DNA of 64,000 nucleotides from Camelus ferus. Lineage: Eukaryota. The stretch covers positions 26,228,001 through 26,292,000 of the forward strand of contig NC_045696.1 of NCBI RefSeq assembly GCF_009834535.1, given 5' to 3'. A program made the position numbers and the translations under genes. This document shows, in pieces, positions 1-14,300 of the stretch (position 1 is the first letter of the stretch; each line of letters begins with the position of its first letter). The notes under the pieces were generated by a model. That model saw nothing but the letters and a program-made list of their open reading frames with translations. It did not search any database and was not told the DNA's origin.

Positions 1-877
1 AAGCACAGAGTTTTCTTGAATACATGTAATTACAATTCACACTACAAAACTTTAAAAACAGAACCACTGTAGCAGCATTTCTTACAGTGTTGCATTACTT
101 GATTTGTGCCAGCATTTGAGGGTCATGGGATGTTTTATTAAAGCATGGTGACTTAACTGTTAATACAGTTAATTTTTCCAACTAGATTATTATTTTTTAT
201 AAGTTAGTTTTGCTTGTGCAGATGGGGAAAAATTTAAGGTCAAATTTTGAAGTATTTTTGTGTTATTTATGAAAATGAGTGAGCCTGCTCCATTGCTTGC
301 TGCTGCCAAGCAGTCAGATGTTTATAGCAAATTAAGTTATAGCCTCTGAATATCTATCAGCAGCCCGAACTCCGCTCTCATTCTTTCACACACATGCACA
401 TGCATGCAGACACACATTTTCCGGTGAAGGCATCATTTTACTATTTCATGTTGAACAAATGAGAATGTTTTGGGATTCCCATCCCTCCCTGTCCCCTTGC
501 CCTCCCTCTTTCTCCCTTCCCTTCTCTCACAATTAATGCCAGGTTGTAGTTTGTACTGGGAAAGAGTGGTATGTCTTAAGTACTTTATCATACTCTTCAA
601 TTTGTGCCCTTTTACCTCCACAGTAAATTGACTGTAAATCAAGAGGGAACTTTAATACACCAGTAAAATTCATTAAAAAATTGTCTTAAAGAGCAATGTT
701 CTCTAAAAGCAATTTTTAAATGGAAACATAGTGTAACATTTTTAATTATAGAATGTAGAGCAAACTCAGAATTTGCTGCAGAGGTTTTTCTTTTTTTAAT
801 TTCTTATGTACAAATTTTTTCCTCCTCCCTAGATATTTGTTACCAATTCAGTAGGCACTTGCTGCATGCTCCTTTTT

Positions 878-1044
878 ACATTTAAATTACTAACAGTTAA
901 ATAAAATAAAAATTTCAGTTCCTCATTTGCACTTGCCACATTTTACCTGCTCAGGAGCCACCTGTGGTTGCTGGTGAGTCTGTTAAATAGCACAGGTGGG
1001 GAACATTTCCATCATCACAGATGATGTTCTATTGGACAGTACTG
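878..1044. mobile_element. MER3/MER33-like hAT-Charlie DNA transposon fragment
   Basis: aaaatttcagttcctcatttgcacttgccacatt...gaacatttccatcatcacag...gttctattggacagtactg resembles the MER3 terminal half (recalled consensus). Confidence 0.8.
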
Positions 1045-1247
1045 CCCAAGTCAGTCAGATACTGAACTAATCAAGAAAGTCAGAGAGGATTAATCATCCT
1101 AATAGTTAGAATATAGATAACTCTTTTTTTTCTTTTTTTCCTTTCTTTTTTTCTTTTTAATTACTCTCTTTGAATAATTGAAATTTCTACCCAAAGCATT
1201 AATTATTTTTGATATTGCAGCAAGATTACATTGGCTTGTCACTTTAT

Positions 1248-1857
1248 TTTTTTAAGTCAATTATTTTTGTTGAAGTATAGTTGATTTACCATGTTGTGTC
1301 AGTTTCAGGTGTACAGCAAAAAAATTCAGTTATACGTATACATATACTTTTTCAGATGCATTTCATTATAGGTTATTACAAGATAATTAAATATAGCTCC
1401 CTGTGATATACAATAGGTCCTTATTGTTTCTCTATTTTATGTATAGTACTGTATATATGTTAATCCGAAATGCTTAATTTATCCCTCTGCTCACCCCTTT
1501 CCCCTTTGGTAATCATAGTTTGTTTTCTATGTCTGTGAGTCTATTTCTGGTTTGTAAATAAGTTCATTTGTATCTTTTTTTTAGATTCCACATATTAGTG
1601 ATATATGATATTTGTCTTTCTCTGTCTGATTTTTAACTTAATTTGATAATCTCAGGGTTCTATCCATGTTGCTGCAAATGGCAATATTTCATTCTTTTTT
1701 TGTGGCTGAGTAAAAAAAAAATACACACACACACACACACACACATATGCCACATCGTCTTTATCCATTCATCTGTCAGTATACATTCAGGTTGCTTCCA
1801 TGTTTTGGCTGTTGTAAATAGTGCTGCTGTGAACATTGGGATGCAAATACTTTTTTC
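1248..1857 (-). mobile_element. 5'-truncated cetartiodactyl-type L1 3' end with TSD
   Basis: T-rich tail, then ttgaagtatagttgatttacc...ggttattacaagata...ccctgtgatatacaataggtcc...ttccatgttttggctgttgtaaatagtgctgctgtgaacattggg. 16-bp TSD tggcttgtcactttat (1232-1247) / tgacttatcactttat (1858-1873). Internal (CA)n at about 1724-1745. Confidence 0.93.
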
Positions 1858-4800
1858 TGACTTATCACTTTATATCCACATAGGTGTGTGTTTGTGATTC
1901 ACCTGAAGCTAGCATGAATACTAAGTCCAGAGGTGTGCTCCTCCAGGCCATGGCAGGACTGGATTGTGTGGTTGCCTTATATTTCATACTGTTGAATGCA
2001 TTCACTAGGAAAGAATAAAAAGATTACAGCATTGTGATTTTACCTACTAGTGTATAATATATGCAATGATCTATATCCAGAAGAGAGAAAGTAGGTTTTC
2101 CCAAATACCAGTTTTAGGGCTGGACCACCTGTAGAGAGGTGAGAATCAGTGGGATGATGGTAGGAGGAGCCAGGATCTCTGGCCAGTCTCTGAGCCTGTT
2201 TTTTCCCATCAACCATCTGGCTTTGAGTGCATCCCAGATTACTTAATTTATCTTACCAATCTGTAAATTGATTAATGTCCTCCTGAAAAATCTTAAGTTA
2301 CTATGTATGGAAAGATTTTAGTCAAGTGCTTTGGTTTTCTTCTTGGTGAGTGACATCTATAATCAAAATGTTATACAGTAAGAGTGAATGCTGTATTTTA
2401 AAATAGCAATTGAATCATTTACATTTTAAAGACACATGGCAATCAAGATTATCCATTATTCTTGCAGGCATCACATTCAGTGTACACAGTGTCCAAAGAA
2501 GTTCTCACTGCTGTGATTGCCTTGCTGAGTCCCCAACACCCCAACAGTTCAGGGCAACTCTTCAGTCTACATCTCTCATTAGAACCACTCCCAGCTTGTA
2601 GATGAGTGAACACGTTTCCCCTCCTTCCCTGTACTTTCTGGATGTGTTTCAATCCCTTTGGATTCCAAGTCTGCCTTCACTTTAGATACCCTCCTGAGTT
2701 CTGAGTCTCACGGTTTTGAGTCTGCTGTGTCCCTCAAAAAGATTTAGTTCCACCTTTCAGAATCTTTCCCTCTCTTGGAGCCCAGGGGTCTATGCATCAG
2801 AGGAGAATATAATTTTGTCTTTATTACACAGATTAGTTTATTCCTAGTGGCAGGTATTGTACTAGCAGTTGAGGAAGAAGGAGGAGTAAGACAAAACATC
2901 TTTCCAGAAAATTGCTTATAACCTCAAGTATTTGTTCAAAGCTGAGCTTCCATTAGAATTCCTTGAATTTGTATTGCAATTTGATATGTAAATATGAAAA
3001 CAGAAACCATTCCTTTTTGTAAGGTTGGAAGTATATACTTTAGCGTGTTTGGATCATTTATTTTGCTTCCCTAAGATCTATTGGACAATATCCTTTCTTT
3101 TCCCTTGAGACTTATTATTTCAAAAACTTAATTTTAGCCAGGCTGTGCATAACAGATTTTATCTATGGAAGAAATGGCAGTGTGAAATAAGAACTGTCAA
3201 AGCAGCGATATTTAAGGAAGCTTTGATGTCAAATTGAAGGTTGGCATTTTAGTTCAGAACTGTATTCATCTATTCTTTGACTTCATAAATCATATTTAAA
3301 CTATTAGTAGCTGTAGTAATGAACTTACTATGGATTCTAGAAATGAGAGATTGCTGGTGTGGTCTAACATGTATCTTTAATAAACTCTGGTTTTGAATTG
3401 CTAAAATTCACCCTATTTGTGTCAGAAGGGCCTTAATGTCCTTCATTATGCAAACTTTGTTTCTGCCACCCTTGACAAATCCTAATAGGGATTAATTTAG
3501 TTATGAGTGACAGAATAAGTTGCAACAGTAACCCAGCATTCTGTTGTGGATCCAAACTAGTTATGAGCTTTGCTTTTCCCACTGCAGGCAGAAACTTAGC
3601 CCCATCTACAGTGGCCACAGAAATCCTTGCCTCTTCTTTCTATGTGTCACTTATCCTTATTTAACATAACCTCTTTCTTTCTGATGTAGCCCAATTTAAA
3701 ATTATATATTATGGTGGTATTTGAAATTGCAGTAACAAATATGTGTTCTACACATTTTTAATCACTTGCCAGTGTGCATTAGCCTTTTAATTATTAATAA
3801 AGTGAAATCCATTGATTTCCTCCAGTTGTTCGAACATGAGTCTGATCTAATCCTGCCTCAGGCTTGAGGGGTTCTGAGATGAACAGCAAATCCTTGAGCT
3901 AAACATTAATTTTGTGGGATTTAAACATAGCACTATTTTTTATTCCTAAAGGAGGCTACTCCTTTGTCTTTTTCCTTCTGAATTTGCAGAAGTATTATGA
4001 ACTTTGGTCTGTTTCATGTTATACATACAAAGTAAATCTTGGCCAAAACAAGTTTGTGATGCCACTAAAATTTGACCTTTCTTATTGTTTTGTGCTGATA
4101 TTAGAAATGTTACCATGAATGCTCATAAAATGATGGTTCAGAAGACTTTAATACCATTTTTAATTTGAACTGAGGCACATTTATTAGTAGAGCATTTTTT
4201 GCTTTTTTCTGTGTTAGGAAGAGCTCTTTTTTTTCTACTTATATTTCAAACCATGTTAAAATAACACACTAAGATTTATTGTAGATTTCTTAATGAAATC
4301 TCATTTTATATTTCCCTTTGTTCATTGACATAGTATCAGTTAACATATTTTTATTTCTTCTACCTATAGAAATTGAATGATATGTCGATTTCCCTTATCA
4401 ATCTCCTGATAAATGTAAAGGTATGTTAAGCAGGGTGGCAAGATTTCTTTTGAATGCAAATTTATATTTGATCTGGTTTGCCTGCCCTTTTTTTTCTTTC
4501 TTTTTTTTTTTTTTTGAAAAACGAAATTTAAAACTTAGAAGCTGGTGAAAAGCATGAGCTAAAGCTTCTAGAAAACAAAGAATAAGCATAAATAACATCT
4601 CATTCTATATGCTTAAATTTTGTTTTTCAAGAATAGAGGAAAAATTGCACAAGAATTCAATACCACACACTGACTAGCATATAGTAAGTTATTTATAAAC
4701 ATATGAGTGAATTTGGGAATGAATTACAATCTTGTATTCTATGACAAACTTCTCAAACAATGATGCTTGGTGATAATAACTCTTTAGGCAAGACAGTTTC

Positions 4801-7800
4801 AGATAGTCCAGAATATTCATGTTTGGAAAAAATTGATTACAGCCCTTACTGATCCAAATGTCATAAAATTATGGTTCAGTAGACATTAATTTACTATTCA
4901 TGCCCCAGCTGTTGAGTATTTAACTTGATTAGTTTGGTTGTTCCTTGCAGCCAAATTTGGAATTCTTCTCTTAACATACTATGCTTACACAACATAATTA
5001 TATTTTTTCTGCTAGTTTATTAAAAGCTACAGTAGACTTTAACAAACTCAGACTTAATGTAAATATTTATAACTAGAGGCTGAGAAATGGAAGGTTACAA
5101 GTGTTTATTTGACCAAACACTGGCAAAAAAAAAATGTTGTTTTTATGTATGCAGTCTTTCCTTGAATGGCAAGCCCTCATAACTGCTTCTGATCCCAAAA
5201 CTCAGGGACTTTGTTTCCAACACATTAATAATCTTTCAAAAGCAACCGTGATTATAGTAACTTCAAAGCAGCAAGCATCTGTACGTTAAGATGAGCCAAT
5301 GGATGCTGGCGTTCGTCTTTCATAAAAAAAGCAATCGTGCTTTTCCCTTCTGCCACTTAGAGGGGCTTCCTTGGGGACCTTGTTAGATGCTTTCATGTGA
5401 AGACCATTTGACCCACTTCTGATTAGTGTGCAAGTTTTCATGGCAATGGCTTCTGGGAGGGAGATGCCCGTTGGCTGGTCGCCTCCCTTTTCTTGAAGTG
5501 AAAGAAAACTCTCAGTGGAATATATTAAGGATAATAAAGGCAAGAAGAAACATCAGTTAAAAGAAGACTGAAATATTGAACTACTATTAAAAAAATTCAA
5601 CGAACACATATTTCTATGCCAATTGTTAAGAAGATGACACAGTCAGTAACAACAGTTTCCTATTTTATATTCAGAAGGGTTTAACTTCTCCATTTCTTTT
5701 TCTTGCAATATTTCAGAAATACGTGTTTCAAGATGCAGAGAGTAAGTGACTCTAGCTCATTTTACCTTGGATCAGTCAGTTTTTCTTTAGCTGAATACTC
5801 ATTTCTATGTTTAGAATAACACTAACAAATATTAAATTGTCTTTCAAAGTAAGAAAAAAGTATCTAGAATGCCTGGATTTTAATATTTCTAATAAATTTC
5901 ATTATAGCTTTTGTAGACTTAGGTAAAATCTTCCCTCTCCAAATTATCTTTTGGTATGAATATCAGGAATGGTGTTGATATCAAGGTATCTACAAGCTTC
6001 TGACCATATTATGTTCCCTTTAAAATTCAATGCCAGTTCTTCAATAATGACTGTTATACAATATGGAATTAATTTGGATCCTGCTTGCATAAATGGGCCT
6101 AGTATTTCTCCTTTTCTTGGACTAACAGGGTGCTTACACTCAAAAAATCAAACTGTATGGAAAATAACTTACATAATGGTCTCTCTTGCTATTTTAATGT
6201 ATATATATGTAGCAACAGATTACTACATCATCAAGCATGTGCTCTCTTTTTACTCCCTCCCCCCATTTAGGATTACCACAGTCTAGGCTTCCAATAAGAT
6301 AGGATAATTTTAATGTGATTTATTACATATCACAGTAGATTCCACACACAGCATTCAAGCACTTTCATTTTTAACTTTGCTTGCTTTATCCCTTTAAAAA
6401 CCACAGCTGTTACTAGGATAACAAAAGTGATGTTGAATAACTGCTTACTTTTCCACTTTCCCGGAGGGGTGGGGGAACAGCAGGTAGCATAGCCTCATCC
6501 CCAAACCAGATGTTACTTTATTAAAAATTGAACGTTTTGGACGGAGTAGTAGGATATTTATGCTTCAGAAGAGCAGCAAAATTAGAGGGAATAAGGATAT
6601 AAGATGGTCCAAATTAGTTTTAAATTCAAGCTTTGCTTTTATTTTATTGTCAGCATTTTACTTAAATTGTGTTTTAGATATGTATAAGTAGTGAAAGTCC
6701 AAGGTCTAAGCTGATACGAGTTAATTGTTATCATAGTCAATCCAACAAGTTTTTCTGGAGTCTTACCATACAGTGACATCAGGATAAATTCTATAAAGGA
6801 TCTAATTATAATACAGTATTATACCATGTCGTTCCCCCCTTATAAGAGTTCAATTATTAATAACAATTCACTAAATTATTTTATTAGTAGTAGAATTTTT
6901 AAAGGGATTTAATATGTGTTGTGTGATACATCAATTTGTCATTTAAGGTCATTTCACTATAATTTTGTTGGATTATATTTTGCATGGATTGTTTTATACT
7001 TTAAGTTGTGAACAAGTCACAGCTTTTAAAGTGCTGTAATTTTGCCAGTGTTCTGAAGTCTTTTTTTCCTCCAGTTCATTTTGGAAGCATGTTGAAAATT
7101 TCATCCACTAGGAAATTATTCTGCAATAACTTAATCATTTGGACATCCAAATAATCAAAAAAATTGTGTATTTTCAAATCTAGTCATAAGGTTTAGAAAT
7201 TACATCTGAGAACTTTTTAAAGAAAATGTTTTTCAGTTCTCAGTTGTGTCCATCTATACATCCCCACGTTAAAATTCTGAAGATTTTTGTCTCACCTGCT
7301 TTCTAGGTTATTATTTGCCTTCCTACATCCTAAATGATAAGATAGGCTGTGGTTTTTCACATACCATTCAGTCTTCAGAGAAGATAATGATTTGTAGGAA
7401 AATTATACAAGGATCAACATTTTAAAGCTAGATACTCTATTATTCACTCTAAATAAATTGCTTGCTTTCTATGTTTCTAAGTTGTTTCATCTTTGAAATA
7501 ATCAAATTAATAAGAGCATCCTCTTCACCTTCCAATGACAATGTAGTGACCAAACAGTAACTACATGAAATACTTTGATCTTTAAAATTATTCTGCATTA
7601 TTGTATTATTGTTATAGTTACTATGGTCACTAGAAACTGAGCACAGTTTTGCAGAATCATTGATGTTTAATCTATTATACTTAAACACTTGTCTGTTTGC
7701 AGGTGTTGATATCTATTAAGCTCCCCACCGCAACCCCAGAATACGAGATACCCCTGGACACAACCATCCTATTAGACTCTGCTATGGTTAGATTGCTGCT

Positions 7801-10457
7801 GTTGAGTGTTTCAGTTATGTAAGTCTGTCAACTGCCAGTTGAGGATGGATGGTTTAAGTTTTGCAATTAGTCAGTGAGCAAAACTACATCCTGTCATTTG
7901 TCTTAAACTTATCAATTTCATTTTATATCATTAGGTAAACAAAGAAAAGAACCACATTTATCTGGTCAGGTTATTCCATGATACTGTGAGCCCTGAGTAG
8001 AACAGTTTTTAGTTTTTCTTTATGGAGGAAATGGAGAGTTCGTCATCTGAGGTCTGTAGTAAAAAGGAATGCATTGAGAAAATAGTGCAGGTTTACATTA
8101 TATAAATATATATTAAAATTTCCTAACTGTTAGTACTTAAGGACTATTTCAAGGTATGACATATCTGAGTTTTAGAAAAGATCTAACTGTATGAATAGTT
8201 ACGCACATCAGTATAGTCATCTGGTTTTTCAGAGAAAATATTCACAGTGTTACTGTAGAAATAAATCATGTTTCTGAAAAGAAACTCATTTATTCCTTCA
8301 TCCGAAAGGGAATCCATCTACGCATAATGAGGAACTTGTAGGTGACCAGAAGTCTTAGTGAGATTGATCATGGCCTGTTTGTTTGTCTTTTGCACGCTAC
8401 CAATCAAGAGATTCTGTGAATTCAAACTACATAAAAACCTACACAGTGGAATCTCTCTCATTGAAGATGCATTTAAACCAGTCATATCTGAGAGTAATAA
8501 TCAAAAGAAATTCATTTCTATAGAGGAATGGAGATGCAGCTTGTAGAGCAACCATGTTTAGGAGTTCCAACGTAACATCTGTTCTTACCTAAAAGGCTCT
8601 GTCCACCTTCTGGCTGACAGCCCAGGCTGGTGAAGGAGCTTTTTAGGTGAGAATAAAATCAGTTACTTTGACTAAAAAAATCCTGAAGAAGAAGATCCTT
8701 CCACATGAAATCTCTTTATGTACTCTTGTGTATTTGGTAGCCACACCATTTGGCAAAGATGTATGTCTTTCTTTAGGCAATGTATAGATATATGATATTT
8801 GCCTATAAATAAATTCCTGTGAGTGTTTAATATCATTTATAAAATATTTGTTGGCAATAAGTTGGGATTTATAAATTACATTTATTTCTTTAAGCCTTTT
8901 TTTTACTTCATGAAGTTTATAAAATTTTAGGGTTCTAAGCTGTTTTGAAGTAGAAAAATTTGTTAAGTGTGTGGGTTTTTGTTGTTGTTTTTGCTTTGTG
9001 TTGGGCTCTAGATTTCCCTGCAAAGCCTTTTAATTGCTTCCTTTTAGTAATGTATGCTATTTTTAGAAAAATTAGGCAGTAAGAACAAACAAGAAAAAGA
9101 AGAGACAAACAGATTAAGACAAAAAGAGAGAGAAATTTTTAAACACTTTTAAATCCTAGTACCAAAAGAATGTTTTTAACATTTAGATATATAGTCTTTA
9201 TATTTTCTAAGCATGAGAAACTATATTGTACATTGTAAGTATTTTATTTTAGACATAATACATTTTACATGTAAATATATACACTGATATTCATTTCAAT
9301 AATGGGATAGTAAGATTCACTTTTAAGCCAACTGAGGGTTAGACATCTAAGCCATTTGCAATCTCTTTTGACTCAAGAAAACCAAAATAGAGGGTTTTCC
9401 AGGAAGATGCAGGAGTGAGTTGGTGTGGAAAGCTGGGTGGGAGAAGTGAGTGTCCAAAAATAAAAAGTAAGCAGTGGGAGGTGTTGATGCCAAGCTAGGA
9501 GTTTATTCTTAATTTTATTAACTTTGCCGGTGATTATGTTACATCCTTGAAATTTGAACAGAGAGAAACAGATAAAAGGAGATTAAACCTAAGTGTTCAT
9601 ATTTAGACTATATTTGGTGCCATGTAATATAATCAGCATGAAAAGAAATTTACTTTGGTAAAGAAATTTTTTTCTGAGTTGAGTTTACAGACAACATAGA
9701 TTTTTACTAGGCCTCTTTTTAATGACTTTATTAAAGCCATGTCTTGTAAAATAGCCTGCAGTTAACAGAGGATTTTTTTTCTCCCTTTCTAAAGGTGATA
9801 TGATTCAAGCTTCTGTTTCAGAAACTATCAAAAATGAGAAATTACTTCTTAGTAATTGGTTATTAACAGGTGCCTTTGAGAATGTCTTTGAAAAGACAAG
9901 TTAAATTACCAAGTTTATTTTGTTTTTTTTTTTCATATTTCTCTCCCTTCTGCTCTCATTAGATACGGATTTCAGGAAAATACTTAAATGAACTGCAATA
10001 AACGATTCTAGAAAAGTACTCAGAACTGTTAAGTATGAGAATAATCTAGTTAAAAGCTTTGAATGAATAATGGAGTTAAGTTTATTTTAGCACACTAATT
10101 CTCTTGATGTCTGAAGTTCCCCCCAAAAAACTCTGCAGACAGGGTGCCCTAATGAAAACATTCTTTAGTGTCAAGAGAGATTTTCGTCCTGGCTTTGTAG
10201 TCAGGTCATGTTTTATGGAAGTTTCTTAGTTATGTCTTTACAGCGTGTGGCTTGACAAACCAATATTTTGTTTTGTTTTGTTTTTTGTTTTAAATTACAA
10301 TTCAGTAAAACAAGTTGCTGAATTGGGGGTCTGAAATCTATGTTCTTTGGCACAAATTTCAAATTGTACCTTTTAAAGCCAAACTCGAAGCAAGGCCCAA
10401 ATCCCTGTTTCTAAATGCCTTGAGGATAAAACCATACCTTAATGAGAATTAGACCAT

Positions 10458-10830
10458 GGTTATAGATGGCATGTCTGTGTCTTCCCCAAGTTCATATAGT
10501 TAAACCCTAATACCCAGTGGGATGATATTAGCAGGTGAGACCTATGGGAGGTAATTAGGCCATAGGAGTGGAGCCCTCATGATGGGATTAGTGCCCTTAC
10601 AGGAAGAGAAAGGAGAGAGCTTGCTTTCTCTTTCTTTTCCCTCTGCCACATTAGGTCACAACAAGAAGATAGTCATTTGCAAACCAGGAAGCAGACTCTC
10701 ACCAGACAGTGAGTCTGCTGGCACCTTGATCTTGGACTCCCCAGCTTTCAAAACCATAAGAAATGAATGTTTGTTGTTTAAGCCACCCAATCAATGCTAA
10801 TTTGTTTAGCAGCCAAAACTGACTGAGGCA
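10458..10830 (+). mobile_element. MaLR solo LTR (MLT1A/B-like)
   Basis: gggaggtaattagg...gagccctcatgatgggattagtgccctt...ctgctggcaccttgatcttggactccccagc...ttgttgtttaagccaccca...gactgaggca. Degenerate 5-bp TSD accat (10453-10457) / gccat (10831-10835). Confidence 0.92.
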
Positions 10831-10944
10831 GCCATATGTTCAAAAGCAAATTGACGTAAGTGGCTATGATGACTGGCATGTATATGGTACTTAGTACTAA
10901 ATATAGTCTTACCTTTTAAGAGTAGGAACACATATGGTGGTGGA

Positions 10945-10970
10945 GTGTGTGTGTGTGTCTGTGTGTGTGC
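10945..10970. repeat. (TG)n microsatellite, imperfect
   Basis: gtgtgtgtgtgtgtctgtgtgtgtgc. Confidence 0.85.
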
Positions 10971-11024
10971 ATCCATACTGATCTATCCTTTAATTTTTTT
11001 TTAATTTTTTAAAAATAGAAACTT

Positions 11025-11167
11025 GTATTATCCTCCAGAAAACTGAGGTCACAGAAACCCTAAGTAACCTGCCAAAATCACATAGTCCTAGAAATCATGG
11101 TGTTAAAACTGAAATCCAAACAGCCTGGCACTAGGGTATAAGTTGAAATCACTGCAGTGTACTGCCT
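11025..11167 (-). mobile_element. MIR SINE fragment
   Basis: gaaaactgaggtcacaga...taagtaacctgccaaaatcacatag...actgcagtgtactgcct matches the reverse MIR core. Confidence 0.8.
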
Positions 11168-13509
11168 TGGGTTGGGCTTTCCTAGGTTAGGAGATACTTT
11201 CCTGTGTGGGTATCAGGTGAGAAAAGATAGGGGGAGAGGGGAGTGTGTGGAGAAACACGACAAGGAGGATGGATTAGCAGGTAGGAAGAAAGCATGGAAT
11301 TAGGAACAAAAGCATTGAAATTGATTTTTAAATTCTGCTTCATAAAATTGTCATTTTCTAATTACTCTAACCGTGTAACTTGGCTTTTGTTTTAAAAGAT
11401 CTGAATCAGAGCCTAGTTAAGTGAATTTTCAAAATCCTACACCTAGTGAGTGGTAAATTTCTGATTACAATTCAACTTTTTGCTCACTACAAAATTTCTG
11501 TTGTCAGTCTCTGTCTTATTCTGCCCGAAGGAAGTTTTAATTCATGTGGGCAGTTTTTACGGTCTTTCCTACCTTCTCTGGGAGGGTAAAAATACAGGAC
11601 TGTGTGAGTTTTTCAGATTGTTCTTTGGATTCTTGGTTATTTCCTCCACAGAAGTCACGGACACAGGGACGCAAAAACATTGTAGAAGGATTTGAATCTA
11701 TCCAGAAATTTTGTGCCTCTGGTTGAATTGCTTCTTCATCAGCCCCTACAGTTTACTGAAAACCCAGCTCTGGGTGGATGGATTGTGAGTTTATACTTCA
11801 TGTCATTTATGCTGGTCATGTGCTACTGCAGAACTCTGGGAGGGGATTCCAATCCTTAAATACAAAAGGACTGTTTATATTTCTAGAATTCAACACCTAT
11901 TATTCATCCAGTGTTAGGAACTCTTTCACGAATCCAAGTCTCCTCTTCACAGCTGCATTTTAAATGTCTTCACAGCAGGGACAGTTTTGTTTTTTCTTTT
12001 TTTTTATTGCTTTGTATACATATGCTAGATACAACTCAGGAATTTTTTCAAATGTCTTGATTTAGATTTTGCACTGTAATTCATTTTGAAGACTATCCTG
12101 TCTCTTTCAACAGGGAGAGGCAGAATTAAACCGACTGGATCTATAAAAGGGATATGCACTTGAAAACTTGGGTGACTCAGTGTCCTTCAGAGAGCATTGA
12201 GATATTAGAAGGAAAGCTCTGAGGGACATATTCTGTGGAGTTAGTAAGCAGGGATAGAGCAACCATTTCAATGGAGTAATGAATCCAAGTGAGAATAGTG
12301 GAGTTTGAACCAGACCGAAGGAACAAAGGTTTTCAGTTGGCACTTGGTTCTCAGGCCTAGATTCCTGGAGTAGATCAGTATTCCAGTTCGCCATTATGCT
12401 TAAAAATGGTTGGCTTTTCACTTGGCATTTACTATAATAAAACGACACTAGTAAATGAGTGCATTCAATTAAAGGTGCCCAAGGAGCACAGTTCCCTGAC
12501 ATCTATGAAAGAACTGGGGGATAATAACTCCTCCAGTACATTGAGACTGCAAAAATTTTCGGTGACAGTCTCTATATAGAATATCATTACTCACGGGTCC
12601 TTGGCTTTAAAATAAACATTGGGCATGGGGAAATCATTAAAGGAGAGCAAAGCCTTGTGAAATATAATATCCCATGTGTAAGTTTATGTACATAGCCACT
12701 CTGTATAAACATTAAATGCGTGTGTATGTATAAAATATAAGGAGACAAAAGTGACTTTTAGTTGTGTTTATGTAAAACAGATAATTTCATGATTACATTT
12801 CTTATTCTGTGTGTCACTTACAGTATTTCTTCTCACAGTTGTTGGACAACAAGCTTTGACATTTTAAGAGCCTACAGATGTCATAATTAAACTTAGTAAT
12901 CAGTCTAGAAATAAACACATAAATAACAAGGAATCATAAGGTCAGCAGTATGGCACAGGATAAACATGGAATTCCAGCGCTTGCTTCTAATATGAGAAAA
13001 CGCATTCTGCAGTTCAAAGCATGTCATATGTTCAAATGAAGTATGAAAGAAGAAAAACTCTCCAAATGATTAATGTAACATTTTACAAGGACATATGGAT
13101 GTTCTTAGAATTTAATTGGGGAAGGGGAACTTACCTGGAATCAATTATGGGAAATTTGGCAAAATGGAAGTGAAATATTCATTCTCTCTTCTTGTTATAA
13201 TTACTTGACATGTGTTACAAGAATTTTTAAAAATCCAAAAGAGTAAGATAAGAGTTATTTCAGTCAGTGGGAATTAATTGTATTCAAATAACAGCATGAC
13301 AAAAAAGACATCCTCAAGTTTCGGAACTGACTTTGAAGGACAGAGTTCCATGTGTGCAGAGTAGCACTGACATTGTTTCTGCCCGGAAATTTTCTCTGAC
13401 TTTCCCAAATGATGTTGTTGCTCCCAGATCTTGTGTATCTTCACTCCATATACTTGCACATACTTCTCTGAGAGCAAAATTCACAGAATTGTTGGTTTAC
13501 TCATCAGGC

Positions 13510-13595
13510 TCACCAGACTATGAGTTTCTTGAAAGCAGTGACATCTCTTACCATATATCTTTGCATTCCCAGTTACTTTTGACATATCAGGTACT
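13510..13595 (+). mobile_element. L2 3'-end fragment
   Basis: ccagactatgagtttcttgaaagcagtgac...tctttgcattcccag resembles the L2 terminus. Confidence 0.55.
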
Positions 13596-14205
13596 TCCTA
13601 CTTCATATGCTGTTAGGTCAGGGCTGAGAGTTCACAGCCTTGTGATGAATAAGAATTTATAATTCAATGGAAAAAAATAAATGAACAAGTGTATATATTA
13701 GTACGTAATGTTGTACAAATATTTACTGATTTTGACTTAAGACTTTCCATTTTAAGCAATGGAGAAGGTAGGAAGTAGGCTTTTTCATAGGACTAAAATA
13801 GTATATTAAAGCTTTTTTGTAAAAGATATTTCTTTCCATACCACAATTGGGTTTAATTAAAAAATTAGGATTACTGTAATACCTTTTATAGTTTCATATT
13901 ATCCTTACAAGTAAGCCTTAAATAACTGTTACACTTTCAAAGTGAGTGTATTGTAGTGTTCTGCCCTAAATATAAGTTAACATTGCAGGAAAAGGTAGGT
14001 AATGATGGGAGATGTACAGAAGTCAGAATTGTAGCTACTCAGCTTGGGATAAATATTAGTTATAAAAAGTACAATCTTCTGCCAAATATCAATTTTTCAA
14101 AGTCTTCTAAAGGATTAGAGATTTTTTAGGAGGTTAGGAATTCAAGGGGAAAGAGGGAAAAGAACACAAATGTCCTTGGAATACAAGAAATACAGTTTAA
14201 TGGTG

Positions 14206-14300
14206 CAGAGGTCAGCAAAAAGTCCCCTTGGGTCAAATCCAGCCACAACCTAAGCTGAAAATATTTACTGTCTGGCCTTTCACAAAAAGTTTTCTAAATG
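14206..14300. mobile_element. Internally deleted MER58-like hAT MITE
   Basis: cagaggtcagcaaa...gggtcaaatccagcc joined directly to aagctgaaaatatttactgtctggcctttcacaaaaagttt, i.e. both MER58A ends. Confidence 0.7.
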
